A DNA stretch of 64,000 nt from a virus. Below, piece after piece: positions 26,938 through 37,091 of this stretch; the stretch's first letter is position 1, and each line of letters begins with the position of its first letter. Under the pieces are notes generated by a model. The model was given only the letters and a program-made list of their open reading frames with translations, did no database searches and had not been told where the DNA came from. A program made the translations under genes and the position numbers. The stretch is taken from the IMG/VR virus record IMGVR_UViG_3300034103_002265; one strand, 5' to 3'.

Positions 26938-29091
26938 ATGATTCTAAATAATGCTCCGCAAAACGAAGCAGTTTTGTCTAACGTTGGAGAAATTGGCGAA
27001 TTTCGAATTCGCAATTCAGCCAAGGCTTTTAATATTCTTTCTAGCGGTCTTTATGCTAACAAAATTCGTGCTATCATTCGCGAATTGAGTTGCAATGCTG
27101 TAGACAGTCACAAGGCTGCAGGTAAGAAAGATGTTCCCTTTGATGTCCATCTTCCTAATCAACTAGAACCATATTTTAGCATTCGCGACTATGGCACAGG
27201 ACTAGACCATGAGCAAGTTACCAACATCTATACCACGTACTTCGAAAGTACGAAGACCTCTTCGAACGAGTTTATTGGTGCTTTGGGCCTTGGCAGTAAG
27301 TCTCCTTTTAGTTATACTGATAATTTTACTGTCACAGCCACCAAGAATAGCCGGAAGCGAATCTACACTGCGTTCATCAACGAGCACGGGGTACCCAGCA
27401 TCGCGTTGATGATGGAAGAAGAAACTTCGGATCCCGACGGTGTTGAAGTTCGATTTGCTGTCAACGATCGTTATGACTTTGATAAGTTTCGCCAAGAGGC
27501 TCGCGAGGTCTATACCTATTTTTCTTTGAGACCTGTGATCGGTGGCAATAATAGTTTTTCTTTTTACGATCCTACATACGAAAGTAAGGATATCATTCCC
27601 GGAGTTCACGCTTACCAAAATAACAAAAAGAGTGTAGCGGTTATGGGAAACATTGCATATCCCATTGCTGTTCCGGAGGCTGATACAAGTTTGGGAGAAC
27701 TTCGCAGTTTGCTCAATTGCGGTCTTGAAATTCATTTTGATATTGGCGAATTGGATTTCCAAGCCAGTAGAGAAGGCCTTAGTTATATCCCACAGACTGT
27801 TGCATCTATTAAAAAGAAATTGGTTGCATTGAATGACGTACTGGCTGAAAAGATTTCGGAAGAAGCGAATTTGATTCCTAATCTTTGGGAACGTGCGTTT
27901 TATCTGTCTAACAAAATGCATCACAAACTTTGGGTGAATGCTGTTAACAAGTATTTTGCAGATAGTAAGATTCCTACTTTGTCGCCAAATACCTATTACA
28001 AACTTTCAAAATTTAAAATTCGCACTAAAAATCTTGCAGAAAACTTTAATATTAAAGTCAGTGCATATATATGGCATGACGGTCATAAGACTATGAATAC
28101 GATCAAGCCAAGCCACGAGTATGAACATAACCAAGAAACTGGAAAATCTGAATATTTTGACGAATGGGGATTCCCTGTTGCTCAAGAAATTAATTTTGTA
28201 ATTAGCGATATTAAAATCGGTGCTGTTAGTAGGGTTAAGTATAACTATCCCCTTAATAGAAATAACAGTGGTCTTACGGTTTATGTGATTGAACCATTTG
28301 ATAAATCCAAGGCCATGTTGATCGATGAATTTTTTGAGTTGATTTATAATCCGCCTAAAAAACTTATTATCAAAGCCAGCAGCCTTGCTGAGAAGCCTCG
28401 TGCTACCTATAAGAATGTTGATATTCTTAAACTGGAAGTTCGTGGTGGATCTAATCGAAGCAATCGAGATGAAATGGTTTGGAGGAATGCAGGTAAAATT
28501 GACAGTTTTGACAATACCAAAACCTACTACTACATTCCTCTCAATGGTTACATCATGCAGGGAAAAACTAACTACTCTAATGGACGTGAACTTTACGAAG
28601 ATGTGAAGTGCCTTGCTGGTTTGTTTTCTGAGAACATTTACGGTGTACGTAAAAAAGATATCAACGATATCAAAAATAAATCTAATTGGAAAAACTTTGA
28701 AGAGCATATCTCTGCTCAACTTGCAAGCCGAGACATGAACAAACTTATGATAAGTGTTGTTCGAAATCAAATTCAAGATTCGGAAATTATCGAACTTGGA
28801 ACAGATTTTCTTGACCTGATCAGTCCAACAAGTCCTTTTAGGCTTATGATGGAATCTATTGGTAGTGTTGAGCCGTTTAGGGGTTATACTTTTAATCTTC
28901 AACGACTACTTAAGAATTTTGCTCCTGGAATAACTATTGATACTGCGGTTTTGCTGGACAAGTATCAATCTCAAGTCAATGCTGTTAATACCAGGTATCC
29001 GCTGTTGTCGTTGATTAATCGACATCGTGCAAAAAAATATGATATTGCAGAGTACATTAATCTCGTCGATGCAAAGGATATGAGCAAATGA
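26938..29091 (+). CDS. GHKL-family ATPase (Hsp90/HtpG-like Bergerat fold)
   Basis: N box RELSCNAVDS (Hsp90: ELISNASDA), G1 DYGTGLD, G2 IGALGLGSKSPFS. Start at MILNNAP after RBS ggaagg; the ORF track start at 26851 lies upstream of the promoter. Confidence 0.6.
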   Translation: MILNNAPQNEAVLSNVGEIGEFRIRNSAKAFNILSSGLYANKIRAIIRELSCNAVDSHKAAGKKDVPFDVHLPNQLEPYFSIRDYGTGLDHEQVTNIYTTYFESTKTSSNEFIGALGLGSKSPFSYTDNFTVTATKNSRKRIYTAFINEHGVPSIALMMEEETSDPDGVEVRFAVNDRYDFDKFRQEAREVYTYFSLRPVIGGNNSFSFYDPTYESKDIIPGVHAYQNNKKSVAVMGNIAYPIAVPEADTSLGELRSLLNCGLEIHFDIGELDFQASREGLSYIPQTVASIKKKLVALNDVLAEKISEEANLIPNLWERAFYLSNKMHHKLWVNAVNKYFADSKIPTLSPNTYYKLSKFKIRTKNLAENFNIKVSAYIWHDGHKTMNTIKPSHEYEHNQETGKSEYFDEWGFPVAQEINFVISDIKIGAVSRVKYNYPLNRNNSGLTVYVIEPFDKSKAMLIDEFFELIYNPPKKLIIKASSLAEKPRATYKNVDILKLEVRGGSNRSNRDEMVWRNAGKIDSFDNTKTYYYIPLNGYIMQGKTNYSNGRELYEDVKCLAGLFSENIYGVRKKDINDIKNKSNWKNFEEHISAQLASRDMNKLMISVVRNQIQDSEIIELGTDFLDLISPTSPFRLMMESIGSVEPFRGYTFNLQRLLKNFAPGITIDTAVLLDKYQSQVNAVNTRYPLLSLINRHRAKKYDIAEYINLVDAKDMSK

Positions 29092-29642
29092 TTACTGATA
29101 ATATTTTGCAAGACCTAAAAAGTTTTGAATGGCAAGAAATTATTAATAAAGGAAATCAATTAGAAGACCTTAATGATCGTCAATGGCGGTTTATGAAAGG
29201 CCTTGTGGCCGAATTGATTATCGAAAAGCATAGTGGTCCAAACGGATTGGTTTATGTAGGAGAAGATCATAAAGATTATGACTGGCCTCATCATGGGCTC
29301 ACTGTAGAACTAAAGAGCGGTCTATCTGGATCTATGTACGGGAAAAAAGGAAAAGTTCAATCCAAATTTAATATTAAATTTAATAACAGTAATGGCACTA
29401 ACAAAAAAGATAAACTCGATCCAAATGAGGTCGCAGACATTTTGTTGGTTGTTAAAAACGATGGAGCATTCGCCGTTGACAAAAATACTGTTATTTCTCG
29501 TAGTAAAAAAGGCGGAGATGGTTTTGATGTTCACCTTTATAGGTCTGATATAATTGAGATCACCGGTAAAATGTCTGTAAATAATGCAGTATCACTTGAC
29601 ATAAAGAAAAGGCTAGAAGATGCTATTAGGCAAGCAATTTAA
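29088..29642 (+). CDS. Hypothetical protein, possible PD-(D/E)xK nuclease
   Basis: VGEDHKDYDW...LTVELKSG fits a D...ExK pattern. Weak. Confidence 0.3.
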   Translation: MITDNILQDLKSFEWQEIINKGNQLEDLNDRQWRFMKGLVAELIIEKHSGPNGLVYVGEDHKDYDWPHHGLTVELKSGLSGSMYGKKGKVQSKFNIKFNNSNGTNKKDKLDPNEVADILLVVKNDGAFAVDKNTVISRSKKGGDGFDVHLYRSDIIEITGKMSVNNAVSLDIKKRLEDAIRQAI

Positions 29643-30504
29643 TGTTTACAATCAAAACTGCATAGATGGAATGCAACAACATGTAAAAGACAATTCTATA
29701 GATTTGATTTTTACAGACCCACCGTACGGAATCGACGGTGATGAACTAGATGTTCATTATCATCGAGATGAATCAAATGTTGTTCCTGGATACGTTGATG
29801 TACCATTATCTCAATATGCAGAATTTAGTAAAAATTGGATTAAAGAATGTGAACGTGTTTTACGGCCGGGGGGTTCTATTTACATTGTAAGTGGATATAC
29901 TAATCTGCATCATGTGTTAAATGCACTTCATTCAACAGATCTTAAAGAAATCAATCATATTATTGCTCGATACAGTTTTGGTGTCAGCACTAAAAATAAA
30001 TTTGTCAGCAGTCATTATCATGTGTTGTTCTGGCAAAAACCAGACAAAGGAAAACAAAAAAGAACTTTTAACTCAAATTGGAAATACACTGATCAAAAAG
30101 ACAGTTATCACGATAGGTTATCTGTACAAGAAATGCCTCGAGATTACAAGCCTGGTCAAATCAAAAATAAAAACCAGTTGAGTGAAGATTTTATAATGAA
30201 ATTTATCATGTACAGCAGCAATCGAAGTGATACAGTTCTAGATTGTTTTGGTGGCGGAATGACCACTGGAAGAACTGCACTAAGATATGGTAGAAAGTTC
30301 ATAGGGTTTGAACTTAACAAAAATGCCTATGATGCTTTTGTTCCAACACTTGATACTGTGGAAGTTCTAACAGATCCAACTCCGGTAGAACCAGATGCAG
30401 TTGAATTGGCAAAAAGAGAAAAAATGAGAGAAGGGTGGAGGAAAGATAGGCTAAAAAGAAAACAGGAAAATAATTTTGACAAACTCGTAGTAAAAAATTC
30501 TTGA
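29620..30504 (+). CDS. DNA methyltransferase, beta-class amino-MTase (N6-adenine or N4-cytosine)
   Basis: Motif IV FTDPPYG near the N-terminus and motif I DCFGGGMTTG near the C-terminus. Confidence 0.8.
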   Translation: MLLGKQFNVYNQNCIDGMQQHVKDNSIDLIFTDPPYGIDGDELDVHYHRDESNVVPGYVDVPLSQYAEFSKNWIKECERVLRPGGSIYIVSGYTNLHHVLNALHSTDLKEINHIIARYSFGVSTKNKFVSSHYHVLFWQKPDKGKQKRTFNSNWKYTDQKDSYHDRLSVQEMPRDYKPGQIKNKNQLSEDFIMKFIMYSSNRSDTVLDCFGGGMTTGRTALRYGRKFIGFELNKNAYDAFVPTLDTVEVLTDPTPVEPDAVELAKREKMREGWRKDRLKRKQENNFDKLVVKNS

Positions 30505-30556
30505 CAATCGTTCTAATCTAAGTTAAATTATTAATCATCGCAACAAGGAGTATTTT

Positions 30557-31321
30557 ATGTCTTACCCGTTCGTTATCCAAGGTAATAATGTCACTGTGGT
30601 TATCGGTAATAAACCGCATACCATTTCCAAAACTCATATCACTTATCAAAAGGTAGTTGATGCCATTAAGGCAGGTGACTGGGATCAGGTCAAAGAAGTT
30701 ATTGATCCAAAAAAGGTTGTTCTAAACTATGGTCAAGGAAATGTTTCTGTACAAGGTGAGAAACTGTTCTGGAAGGGTGAAGAACTTAACGGTGCGTTGG
30801 CAGTTCGAATGATCACAATGCTACAAGAAGGTTTTGACGTTACTCCTTTTGTTCTGTTTATGGAAAACCTTATGCAGAACCCCAGCAAGCGAGCAGTTGA
30901 TGAACTGTATGGCTTCCTGGAAAAGAACAGTCTTCCTCTAACTCCGGATGGACACTTTCTTGCCTACAAGAAAGTTCGTGAAAACTTTTTTGATGTCCAT
31001 AGCGGTACTATGGATAACAGTCCGGGTAAAATTGTTGAAATGGAACGCAACAAGGTCGACGACAACAAAGACAATACTTGTTCCACAGGTCTGCACTTTT
31101 GTGGCATGAGTTATCTTAACCATTTTGGCGGTGCTCGAACTGTTATCGTTAAGGTCAATCCTCGCGATGTAGTTAGTATCCCCAGCGACTACAATGGAGC
31201 CAAGGGTCGTACCTGTAGGTACGAAGTTATCGGAGAACTTGGTGTTGATCCAGCGGCTGCGTTTGACAAGTCTGTTCAAGAAAATGCCAATGTTCATGAA
31301 AGTGAGCCTCACGGGTATTAA
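30557..31321 (+). CDS. Hypothetical protein
   Basis: 254 aa ORF with RBS aaggag. Confidence 0.45.
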   Translation: MSYPFVIQGNNVTVVIGNKPHTISKTHITYQKVVDAIKAGDWDQVKEVIDPKKVVLNYGQGNVSVQGEKLFWKGEELNGALAVRMITMLQEGFDVTPFVLFMENLMQNPSKRAVDELYGFLEKNSLPLTPDGHFLAYKKVRENFFDVHSGTMDNSPGKIVEMERNKVDDNKDNTCSTGLHFCGMSYLNHFGGARTVIVKVNPRDVVSIPSDYNGAKGRTCRYEVIGELGVDPAAAFDKSVQENANVHESEPHGY

Positions 31322-31323
31322 TC

Positions 31324-31503
31324 ATGATTAGAGTCATACTACTGTTTTTGGTACTAACGGCTCTAATTTGGGGCGGCATTCTTGGATTTCAAAAACTCTC
31401 AGGAAAGCAGGCCCTGAACTTGACAAAGGCTGCGGTATATGCTACAATTAGTTCGTCAGTTGCAGTTGCACTGATGTTTGGTCTGGTTCTTCTTTTTTAA
31501 GGA
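31324..31503 (+). CDS. Small membrane protein (not in the ORF track; below 60 aa)
   Basis: 59 aa: MIRVILLFLVLTALIWGGILGF...VALMFGLVLLF, with two predicted TM segments. Confidence 0.35.
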
Positions 31504-31510
31504 AACAAAA

Positions 31511-31612
31511 ATGACACATAGTCAGTTGACTGTTGAAGTGTTGGGTCGTGGTGTTTATTTCTTGATGGGCGCTGTTGTAGCAACCGTCGCAATCTTTACT
31601 TTCGTTATCTAA
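31511..31612 (+). CDS. Small membrane protein (33 aa)
   Basis: MTHSQLTVEVLGRGVYFLMGAVVATVAIFTFVI. Confidence 0.3.
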   Translation: MTHSQLTVEVLGRGVYFLMGAVVATVAIFTFVI

Positions 31613-31622
31613 GGAAAATCAA

Positions 31623-32423
31623 ATGAAGCGTATTTTTACTTTTGTTGTCCTCGCCGCTGCTGTTCTTGCCACAGGTTGCACTCGCATTGAAACCGGCGAA
31701 GTCGGTGTTCGAGTCGGTTTTGACAAGCAGGTTAAACCTGGAGAACTGCTACCTGGTTCGTTCAATCAGGTACTGATTGGTGATGTTCTTACGTTCCCCG
31801 TTAAGGACGTCAATGTAACAATGGAGAATATGACTCCTGTTGCCAAAGACAATAGCACCATGAAAGATTTGGATGCTGTGGTCGTGTATAACATCAATCC
31901 TAGTCAGGTCAGTGAACTCTACGCTACTAAGAACCGTGCGTTTCATGCTACTGATAAGAGCGGTGATGTATTCCTGATGTACAACTATGTGGTGCAGAAT
32001 GCACGTAATGCTATCTACAAGGCAGCACGTAAGTATGAAGCACTGGATATGGCAGACAACCGTAGTGATATGGAAAACTTCATCAAGGATGAGATTGTTC
32101 GCAACCTTGCTGAAGAAAAGTTGGACGGCAGTATCACTATCAGTCAGGTACTGATTCGTAATGTGGTTCCCGCTGATAGTGTTGTTGCAAGTGCAAATGA
32201 CCTGGTTCGTGCTAAGAATGAACTCAAGCAGAAAGAGGTTGAGGTCAAGACTGCCGAAGCAGAATCCCGTCGGATGGCAGCACTGGCTAACAACTCAGCA
32301 CAGAGTGTCCAATTCATGCAGGCTCAGGCTATGCTGAATATTTCGGAAGGCATTAAGAACGGTAAGGTTCAAACTATCGTTGTTCCTAGTAACTTTACTG
32401 CATTGATGACTCCTCAGCGTTAA
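31623..32423 (+). CDS. SPFH/band-7 (prohibitin-like) domain lipoprotein
   Basis: Lipobox LATGC. Overall SPFH-like pattern with a C-terminal coiled coil. Confidence 0.5.
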   Translation: MKRIFTFVVLAAAVLATGCTRIETGEVGVRVGFDKQVKPGELLPGSFNQVLIGDVLTFPVKDVNVTMENMTPVAKDNSTMKDLDAVVVYNINPSQVSELYATKNRAFHATDKSGDVFLMYNYVVQNARNAIYKAARKYEALDMADNRSDMENFIKDEIVRNLAEEKLDGSITISQVLIRNVVPADSVVASANDLVRAKNELKQKEVEVKTAEAESRRMAALANNSAQSVQFMQAQAMLNISEGIKNGKVQTIVVPSNFTALMTPQR

Positions 32424-32440
32424 TTGAATAAAAACAAGAA

Positions 32441-32470
32441 AAGGGCCTTGACGGCCCTTTTCTTTTTTGC
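32441..32470 (+). terminator. Rho-independent terminator
   Basis: aagggcc-ttgac-ggccctt followed by a T-run. Confidence 0.8.
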
Positions 32471-32653
32471 TACAATAATATTATGATTGCTGCTCGCAAG
32501 ACGTGGATTCCCGGAGGGCACGAAGGTAGTCAGAGGCTTAGCAGCGGCGCCCTTAAACTACTTAACGCAGGCATTCAAAATGTCATCGACGCAGAACATG
32601 AAGAATGGTTATCCGAAAACGAAGATGACGATGTAGAGTACATCGACGAATAA

Positions 32654-33070
32654 TTATTTCAGCCAACCCAGTTTTTCACCAGCGACCTTTCTACGGTCGC
32701 TTTCTTCTTTACTGCCTGGATATCTGCTGGCCCATAATAGTACCACTGCAAAAAATATCCCCATACCTAAAGTTGCTCTCCAATTTTGTGTTGCTAGATA
32801 GAAAGTTACCAAACTCACATCCATTACAAAAAACATAAACCATTTTACTTTTGTAGGGTACACTCGACCGTCCCGCCAATTTTTGATAAACGGTCCAAAT
32901 ACTTTATGATTCAACATATAGTTATGAAACCTTTCAGAGCTTTTGGCAAAACAATAGGCTGCAATTAAACTAGGTGTGCTCCATGGTATTCCAGGAACAA
33001 CAATTCCGATATATGCAATTCCTAAAAATAAGAAACCTGCTCCCATCCATAGATATTTTTTAATGTTCAT
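32654..33070 (-). CDS. YbaN/DUF454 family inner-membrane protein
   Basis: GIVVPGIP motif and two TM hairpins. Confidence 0.55.
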   Translation of the reverse strand: MNIKKYLWMGAGFLFLGIAYIGIVVPGIPWSTPSLIAAYCFAKSSERFHNYMLNHKVFGPFIKNWRDGRVYPTKVKWFMFFVMDVSLVTFYLATQNWRATLGMGIFFAVVLLWASRYPGSKEESDRRKVAGEKLGWLK

Positions 33071-34260
33071 AATATTTCCTTTAAACTTCTTGTCAAATAA
33101 TCGATGTCTGCTTCTGTATGATTAGGAGTAGGAGTTGCTCGTAGTCGCTCAGTTCCCCAAGGCACAGTTGGATAATTTATAGGCTGAAGATAAATTCCCT
33201 TTTCATCTAATAACCAATCACTGACTAGTTTACACTTCTTAGCATCCTTGATCATTATTGGTACAATATGACTGTCATTGACTAACACATCAATTCCATG
33301 CTGTAACAGATGCTCTCTGGTATCTTGTGCAATTCTAAAAATTTTACTTCGTAGTTCTGCATGGTCTTGTACATACTTTACGCTGGCTAATGCTCCTGCA
33401 CACAACACTGGGCTCATGCTGGTACTAAAAATAAATCCTTGAGCATAACTTCTTACCATATCTACTAAATCTCTTGTACCGGCAACATAGCCTCCTTGTA
33501 CTCCAAAAGCCTTGGCTAGAGTGCCTTGTATGACGTCAACGCCGTCTATGCAATGTTGTTCTTCGCTGACTCCTGCGCCTCTTGTTCCGTATAATCCAAC
33601 CGCATGAACTTCATCAACATAAACCATAGCACCATGTAGTCTTGCAATTTCGCAGACATCGGAAATTTTTCCTTTATCTCCGTCCATACTGTATACACCT
33701 TCTAAAACTATTATAGGTTGGATATTTTCATTGAACGTTAGTAATATTTCTTTTAAATGATCTAGATCATTATGTTTCCATACAGTTACAGGGCATCCGG
33801 ATGACTTCATTCCAACAATCATAGAATTATGATTTTCGCTATCACTAATATAATGTACGTTTGGAATCATTTTTCCTAGCACAGTTAAGGTTGCTTGATT
33901 TGCTACATAGCCGCTGGTAAAAAGCAAAGCACTGGTTTTATCGTGTAGTTTAGCCAGTTCATGTTCCAATGCTACATGATAATGAGTAGTTCCCGAAATG
34001 TTTCTAGTACCACCACTTCCTGCTCCGGCTGTCTCTAATGCTGTATGCATAGCATCTATAACTATCTTATGCTGACCCATACCTAAATAATCGTTTGAAC
34101 ACCAATTGGTAATTTTTTTAATATTGTATTTTCCGTACCATATGGCTGTTGGAAAACTCCCTCGTTGACGAAGGATATCAGTAAATACTCGATAATTGCC
34201 TTCAGTTTTAAGTTTTTCCAAACTTTGAGAGATTGCATCTTGTGTTTTTGGTTTGATCAT
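33067..34260 (-). CDS. hemA: 5-aminolevulinate synthase (ALAS; alpha-oxoamine synthase family)
   Basis: GAGSGGTRNISGTTHYHVALEHELAKLH...DEVHAVGLYGTRGAG closely parallels the ALAS core. Start at MIKPK, 14 codons inside ORF 33067..34302. Confidence 0.8.
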   Translation of the reverse strand: MIKPKTQDAISQSLEKLKTEGNYRVFTDILRQRGSFPTAIWYGKYNIKKITNWCSNDYLGMGQHKIVIDAMHTALETAGAGSGGTRNISGTTHYHVALEHELAKLHDKTSALLFTSGYVANQATLTVLGKMIPNVHYISDSENHNSMIVGMKSSGCPVTVWKHNDLDHLKEILLTFNENIQPIIVLEGVYSMDGDKGKISDVCEIARLHGAMVYVDEVHAVGLYGTRGAGVSEEQHCIDGVDVIQGTLAKAFGVQGGYVAGTRDLVDMVRSYAQGFIFSTSMSPVLCAGALASVKYVQDHAELRSKIFRIAQDTREHLLQHGIDVLVNDSHIVPIMIKDAKKCKLVSDWLLDEKGIYLQPINYPTVPWGTERLRATPTPNHTEADIDYLTRSLKEIL

Positions 34261-34308
34261 AATATAGGTATTTATTGACACGCAGACAAAAAGAAAGTAC
34301 AATTACAT

Positions 34309-34569
34309 ATGAAGATAAAAAAATTAGATCGCCGAATGAAAGGATTCGGCGATTTTAAATACAAAATAACATATCGAAAAAAAACTGAAAGAACTAAATT
34401 TATAGATGCTCGAAATTGGTGTTGGACACAGTGGAATTCAAGTTCAGAATATGAACTTTGGGATACAAGTGTTAATCAACACTGGTCTTGGGTAATTGAT
34501 GAATGGGAAACAAAGATACTGCTAGCATCTGACAAAGAAGCCCAGTGGTTTACACTCAAATGGGGATAA
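34309..34569 (+). CDS. Hypothetical protein
   Basis: 86 aa ORF. Confidence 0.4.
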   Translation: MKIKKLDRRMKGFGDFKYKITYRKKTERTKFIDARNWCWTQWNSSSEYELWDTSVNQHWSWVIDEWETKILLASDKEAQWFTLKWG

Positions 34570-34571
34570 AA

Positions 34572-35420
34572 ATGAAAATTAAAATTGTATCAGATCTGCA
34601 TCTAGAATTCAGTGACATCAACATCAAAAATGATGAGGATGCTGATCTCTTGATTTTATCCGGGGACATCATGATTGCTCACGATCTTTATGAGCATCCG
34701 GAAACCAGTTATGGCATGTACAGCAATGTTAACCTTGCTGACCTCGGCCGTAGGCAACAAACTGCTCTACGTTTTAGAGATTTTCTAAAGCGGGTCAGTT
34801 TCCAATTTCCTCATGTTATCTACGTAGCAGGTAATCATGAATTCTACCATTTCAGGTGGAATCAAACGTTAGAGGTTCTTCGAAATGAATGTGCAAAGCA
34901 CCCTAACATCTATTTTTTAGAAAATGATGTTAAGGTGATCGATGATGTTACGTTTGTCGGCGGAACACTTTGGACCAACATGAACAAAGGAGATCCAATA
35001 ACTCTACATGCTGCTAGAGATATGATGAATGATTTTCGGTTGATCAGAAAGGAAGACCTAGGATTTACTAGAGTTAAACCGATTGATACTTCAGTTCGGC
35101 ATAAAAAAACTTTAGACTATGTCAAACTAATAGTCGAATTAGATCCGACTAAAAAGTATGTTGTAGTTGGACACCACAGTCCAAGTTTTTTGAGTTGCCA
35201 TGAAATGTACAAAAATGATTATCTTATGAATGGCTGCTATCACAGCGATCTCAGCGAATTCATTTTAGATCATCCACAGATCAAATTATGGACTCATGGA
35301 CATACTCATCATCCTTTTGATTATGTAATCGGTGAAACTCGTGTAATTTGTAATCCTCGTGGTTACGAAGGATACGAGCCTGACAACGGTTGGGATGTGA
35401 ACAAAATTGTTGAGGTGTGA
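34572..35420 (+). CDS. Metallophosphoesterase (calcineurin-like)
   Basis: DLH, GDIM, GNHEF and GHTHH motifs. Start at MKIKIVSDLH. Confidence 0.7.
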   Translation: MKIKIVSDLHLEFSDINIKNDEDADLLILSGDIMIAHDLYEHPETSYGMYSNVNLADLGRRQQTALRFRDFLKRVSFQFPHVIYVAGNHEFYHFRWNQTLEVLRNECAKHPNIYFLENDVKVIDDVTFVGGTLWTNMNKGDPITLHAARDMMNDFRLIRKEDLGFTRVKPIDTSVRHKKTLDYVKLIVELDPTKKYVVVGHHSPSFLSCHEMYKNDYLMNGCYHSDLSEFILDHPQIKLWTHGHTHHPFDYVIGETRVICNPRGYEGYEPDNGWDVNKIVEV

Positions 35421-35649
35421 AGGAATAGAAATGATTAATTTAGAAGCAGCAAAAATAACAGCTAAAATTGTTGGAAAAACAATTGGCGTTATAGGTTCCT
35501 ATATTTTACTTTTTTATGTGCTGTTTAGCATATTTGACTTTTACGGGATCCTTGCTGGGCTTGTTATAATTGCACTGTCTTTATCTGTTAAAGTAATTTA
35601 CGAAACAGAAAAATCAAAAATTGAGTTTAAAAATCGAATTAAAAATTGA
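35407..35649 (+). CDS. Small membrane protein
   Basis: 80 aa with one or two TM segments. Confidence 0.4.
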   Translation: MLRCEGIEMINLEAAKITAKIVGKTIGVIGSYILLFYVLFSIFDFYGILAGLVIIALSLSVKVIYETEKSKIEFKNRIKN

Positions 35650-35753
35650 CAACTTCAACAGATTCTTGTATAAATATATTTGTAGGACGCCGATAGGGTC
35701 CTACAAATGGGCAAGGTGCCCAAATTGATTCTTGCTTAAAAAGGAGAAAAACT

Positions 35754-36176
35754 ATGAATCAACTCGCACGTTTCGATACATCTGCTCTAAACAGAGCACT
35801 TATTGGATTCGACAGAATTTTTAATGATTTTGAAAATCGCTTCCAACATTCCACAACAAACTACCCACCTTACAACATAATCAAAACAGACGAGAATACG
35901 TTTGAAATTGAAGTTGCCGTTGCAGGGTTTGACCGAGAAGATATCGTCATCGAAATCGATCAAGATCAATTACGTGTTAGAGGTCAGCGCAAGCAAACAG
36001 AAGATGTAAAAGAATACCTACATCGCGGACTTGCTGCTAGAGATTTCGAGCGCACATTTACTCTTGCAGAGCATATTATTGTGGGTGAAGCAGAATTGAC
36101 CAACGGTATCCTTCGTGTTAAACTAACAAGAGAAGTTCCAGAATCACTGAAACCAAGGTTAATTTCTATTAAGTAA
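35754..36176 (+). CDS. Small heat-shock protein (Hsp20 / alpha-crystallin)
   Basis: ACD-like core ...FEIEVAVAGF...GILRVKL; RBS aaaggag. Confidence 0.85.
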   Translation: MNQLARFDTSALNRALIGFDRIFNDFENRFQHSTTNYPPYNIIKTDENTFEIEVAVAGFDREDIVIEIDQDQLRVRGQRKQTEDVKEYLHRGLAARDFERTFTLAEHIIVGEAELTNGILRVKLTREVPESLKPRLISIK

Positions 36177-36182
36177 AGTAAA

Positions 36183-36207
36183 TACGGGGAGTAATCCCCG
36201 TATTTTA
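36183..36207 (+). terminator. Rho-independent terminator
   Basis: atacgggga-gtaa-tccccgtat followed by a T-run. Confidence 0.8.
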
Positions 36208-36219
36208 AAGGATCAGACA

Positions 36220-36537
36220 ATGGCTACCGAACATATTATTGAACAAGAATCTAAGGTAATTAGAAAAAATTCCGAAAAAATTAAAGAACCAGAAAAATTT
36301 AAAGTTATCGTGTGCAACGATGATGTTACTCCTATAGAGTTTGTTGTTTCAATGCTGATTGCAATATTTAGATATAATCAAAAATCTGCACTAGATCTAA
36401 CTATGCAAATTCATCACAAAGGTAGTGCTATAGCAGGAATTTTTCGCTATGAAATTGCAGAGCAAAAAGCCATAGACGCAACCAATCTTTCTAGATCACA
36501 TGGCTGGCCTTTGATAATTAAGATAGAACAAGAATGA
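36220..36537 (+). CDS. clpS: Clp protease adaptor ClpS
   Basis: FKVIVCNDDVTPIEFVVSML...QIHHKGSAIAGIF is colinear with E. coli ClpS ([20 protein letters not shown]...AVHYQGKAICGVF). Confidence 0.85.
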   Translation: MATEHIIEQESKVIRKNSEKIKEPEKFKVIVCNDDVTPIEFVVSMLIAIFRYNQKSALDLTMQIHHKGSAIAGIFRYEIAEQKAIDATNLSRSHGWPLIIKIEQE

Positions 36538-36545
36538 GGAAATAA

Positions 36546-37091
36546 ATGGTACTAAAGGACTTGACAGCAGAAAAACATAAAGAAGCCGAGTCTACACCAT
36601 TCATGAAGGCAGTGTTTAAAAAGACACTGCCTTCGTCATTATGGGCAGACTGGACTTATCAAAAATCATTATTTTATCATGCGATAGAAGGTTCTGCAGG
36701 ATCCTGCGGGCTTTTAAATGATTTACCAGATATTCGCAGAGCATTTTATTTGTATGAAGATTTTCAGGAATTATCAAATGGAAAATTCTCAGTAGAATAT
36801 CGAAAACCTGTATTAGATTATTACTCATACATTATGAGCATTTCTAAGGAACCAAAACGTATTATGGCTCACCTTTATGTATGGCACATGGGAGATATGT
36901 TTGGCGGACAAATGATCAAAAAAATAGTACCTGGGCCACACAGAAATTTAGAATTTAAAGATATTCAAGTACTAATGACTAATATTAGAGCAAAACTAGA
37001 CGACTCGATGGCCGAAGAAGCCAACTGTGCCTTTGATTGGGCAATTAAAATGATGAGAGATTATGACAGTAATTTGGAACAACATAATTAA
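36546..37091 (+). CDS. Heme oxygenase
   Basis: N-terminal LKDLTAEKHKEAESTPFMK, and LYVWHMGDMFGGQMIKK resembling the HO motif YTRYLGDLSGGQVL. Confidence 0.75.
   Translation: MVLKDLTAEKHKEAESTPFMKAVFKKTLPSSLWADWTYQKSLFYHAIEGSAGSCGLLNDLPDIRRAFYLYEDFQELSNGKFSVEYRKPVLDYYSYIMSISKEPKRIMAHLYVWHMGDMFGGQMIKKIVPGPHRNLEFKDIQVLMTNIRAKLDDSMAEEANCAFDWAIKMMRDYDSNLEQHN

Noticed and set aside
27202-28902. Minus-strand ORFs 27202..27924 and 28006..28902 (240 and 298 aa).
   Set aside because: They lie antisense inside the well-supported GHKL ATPase gene, have AT-rich low-complexity translations and no start signals. They are typical shadow ORFs.
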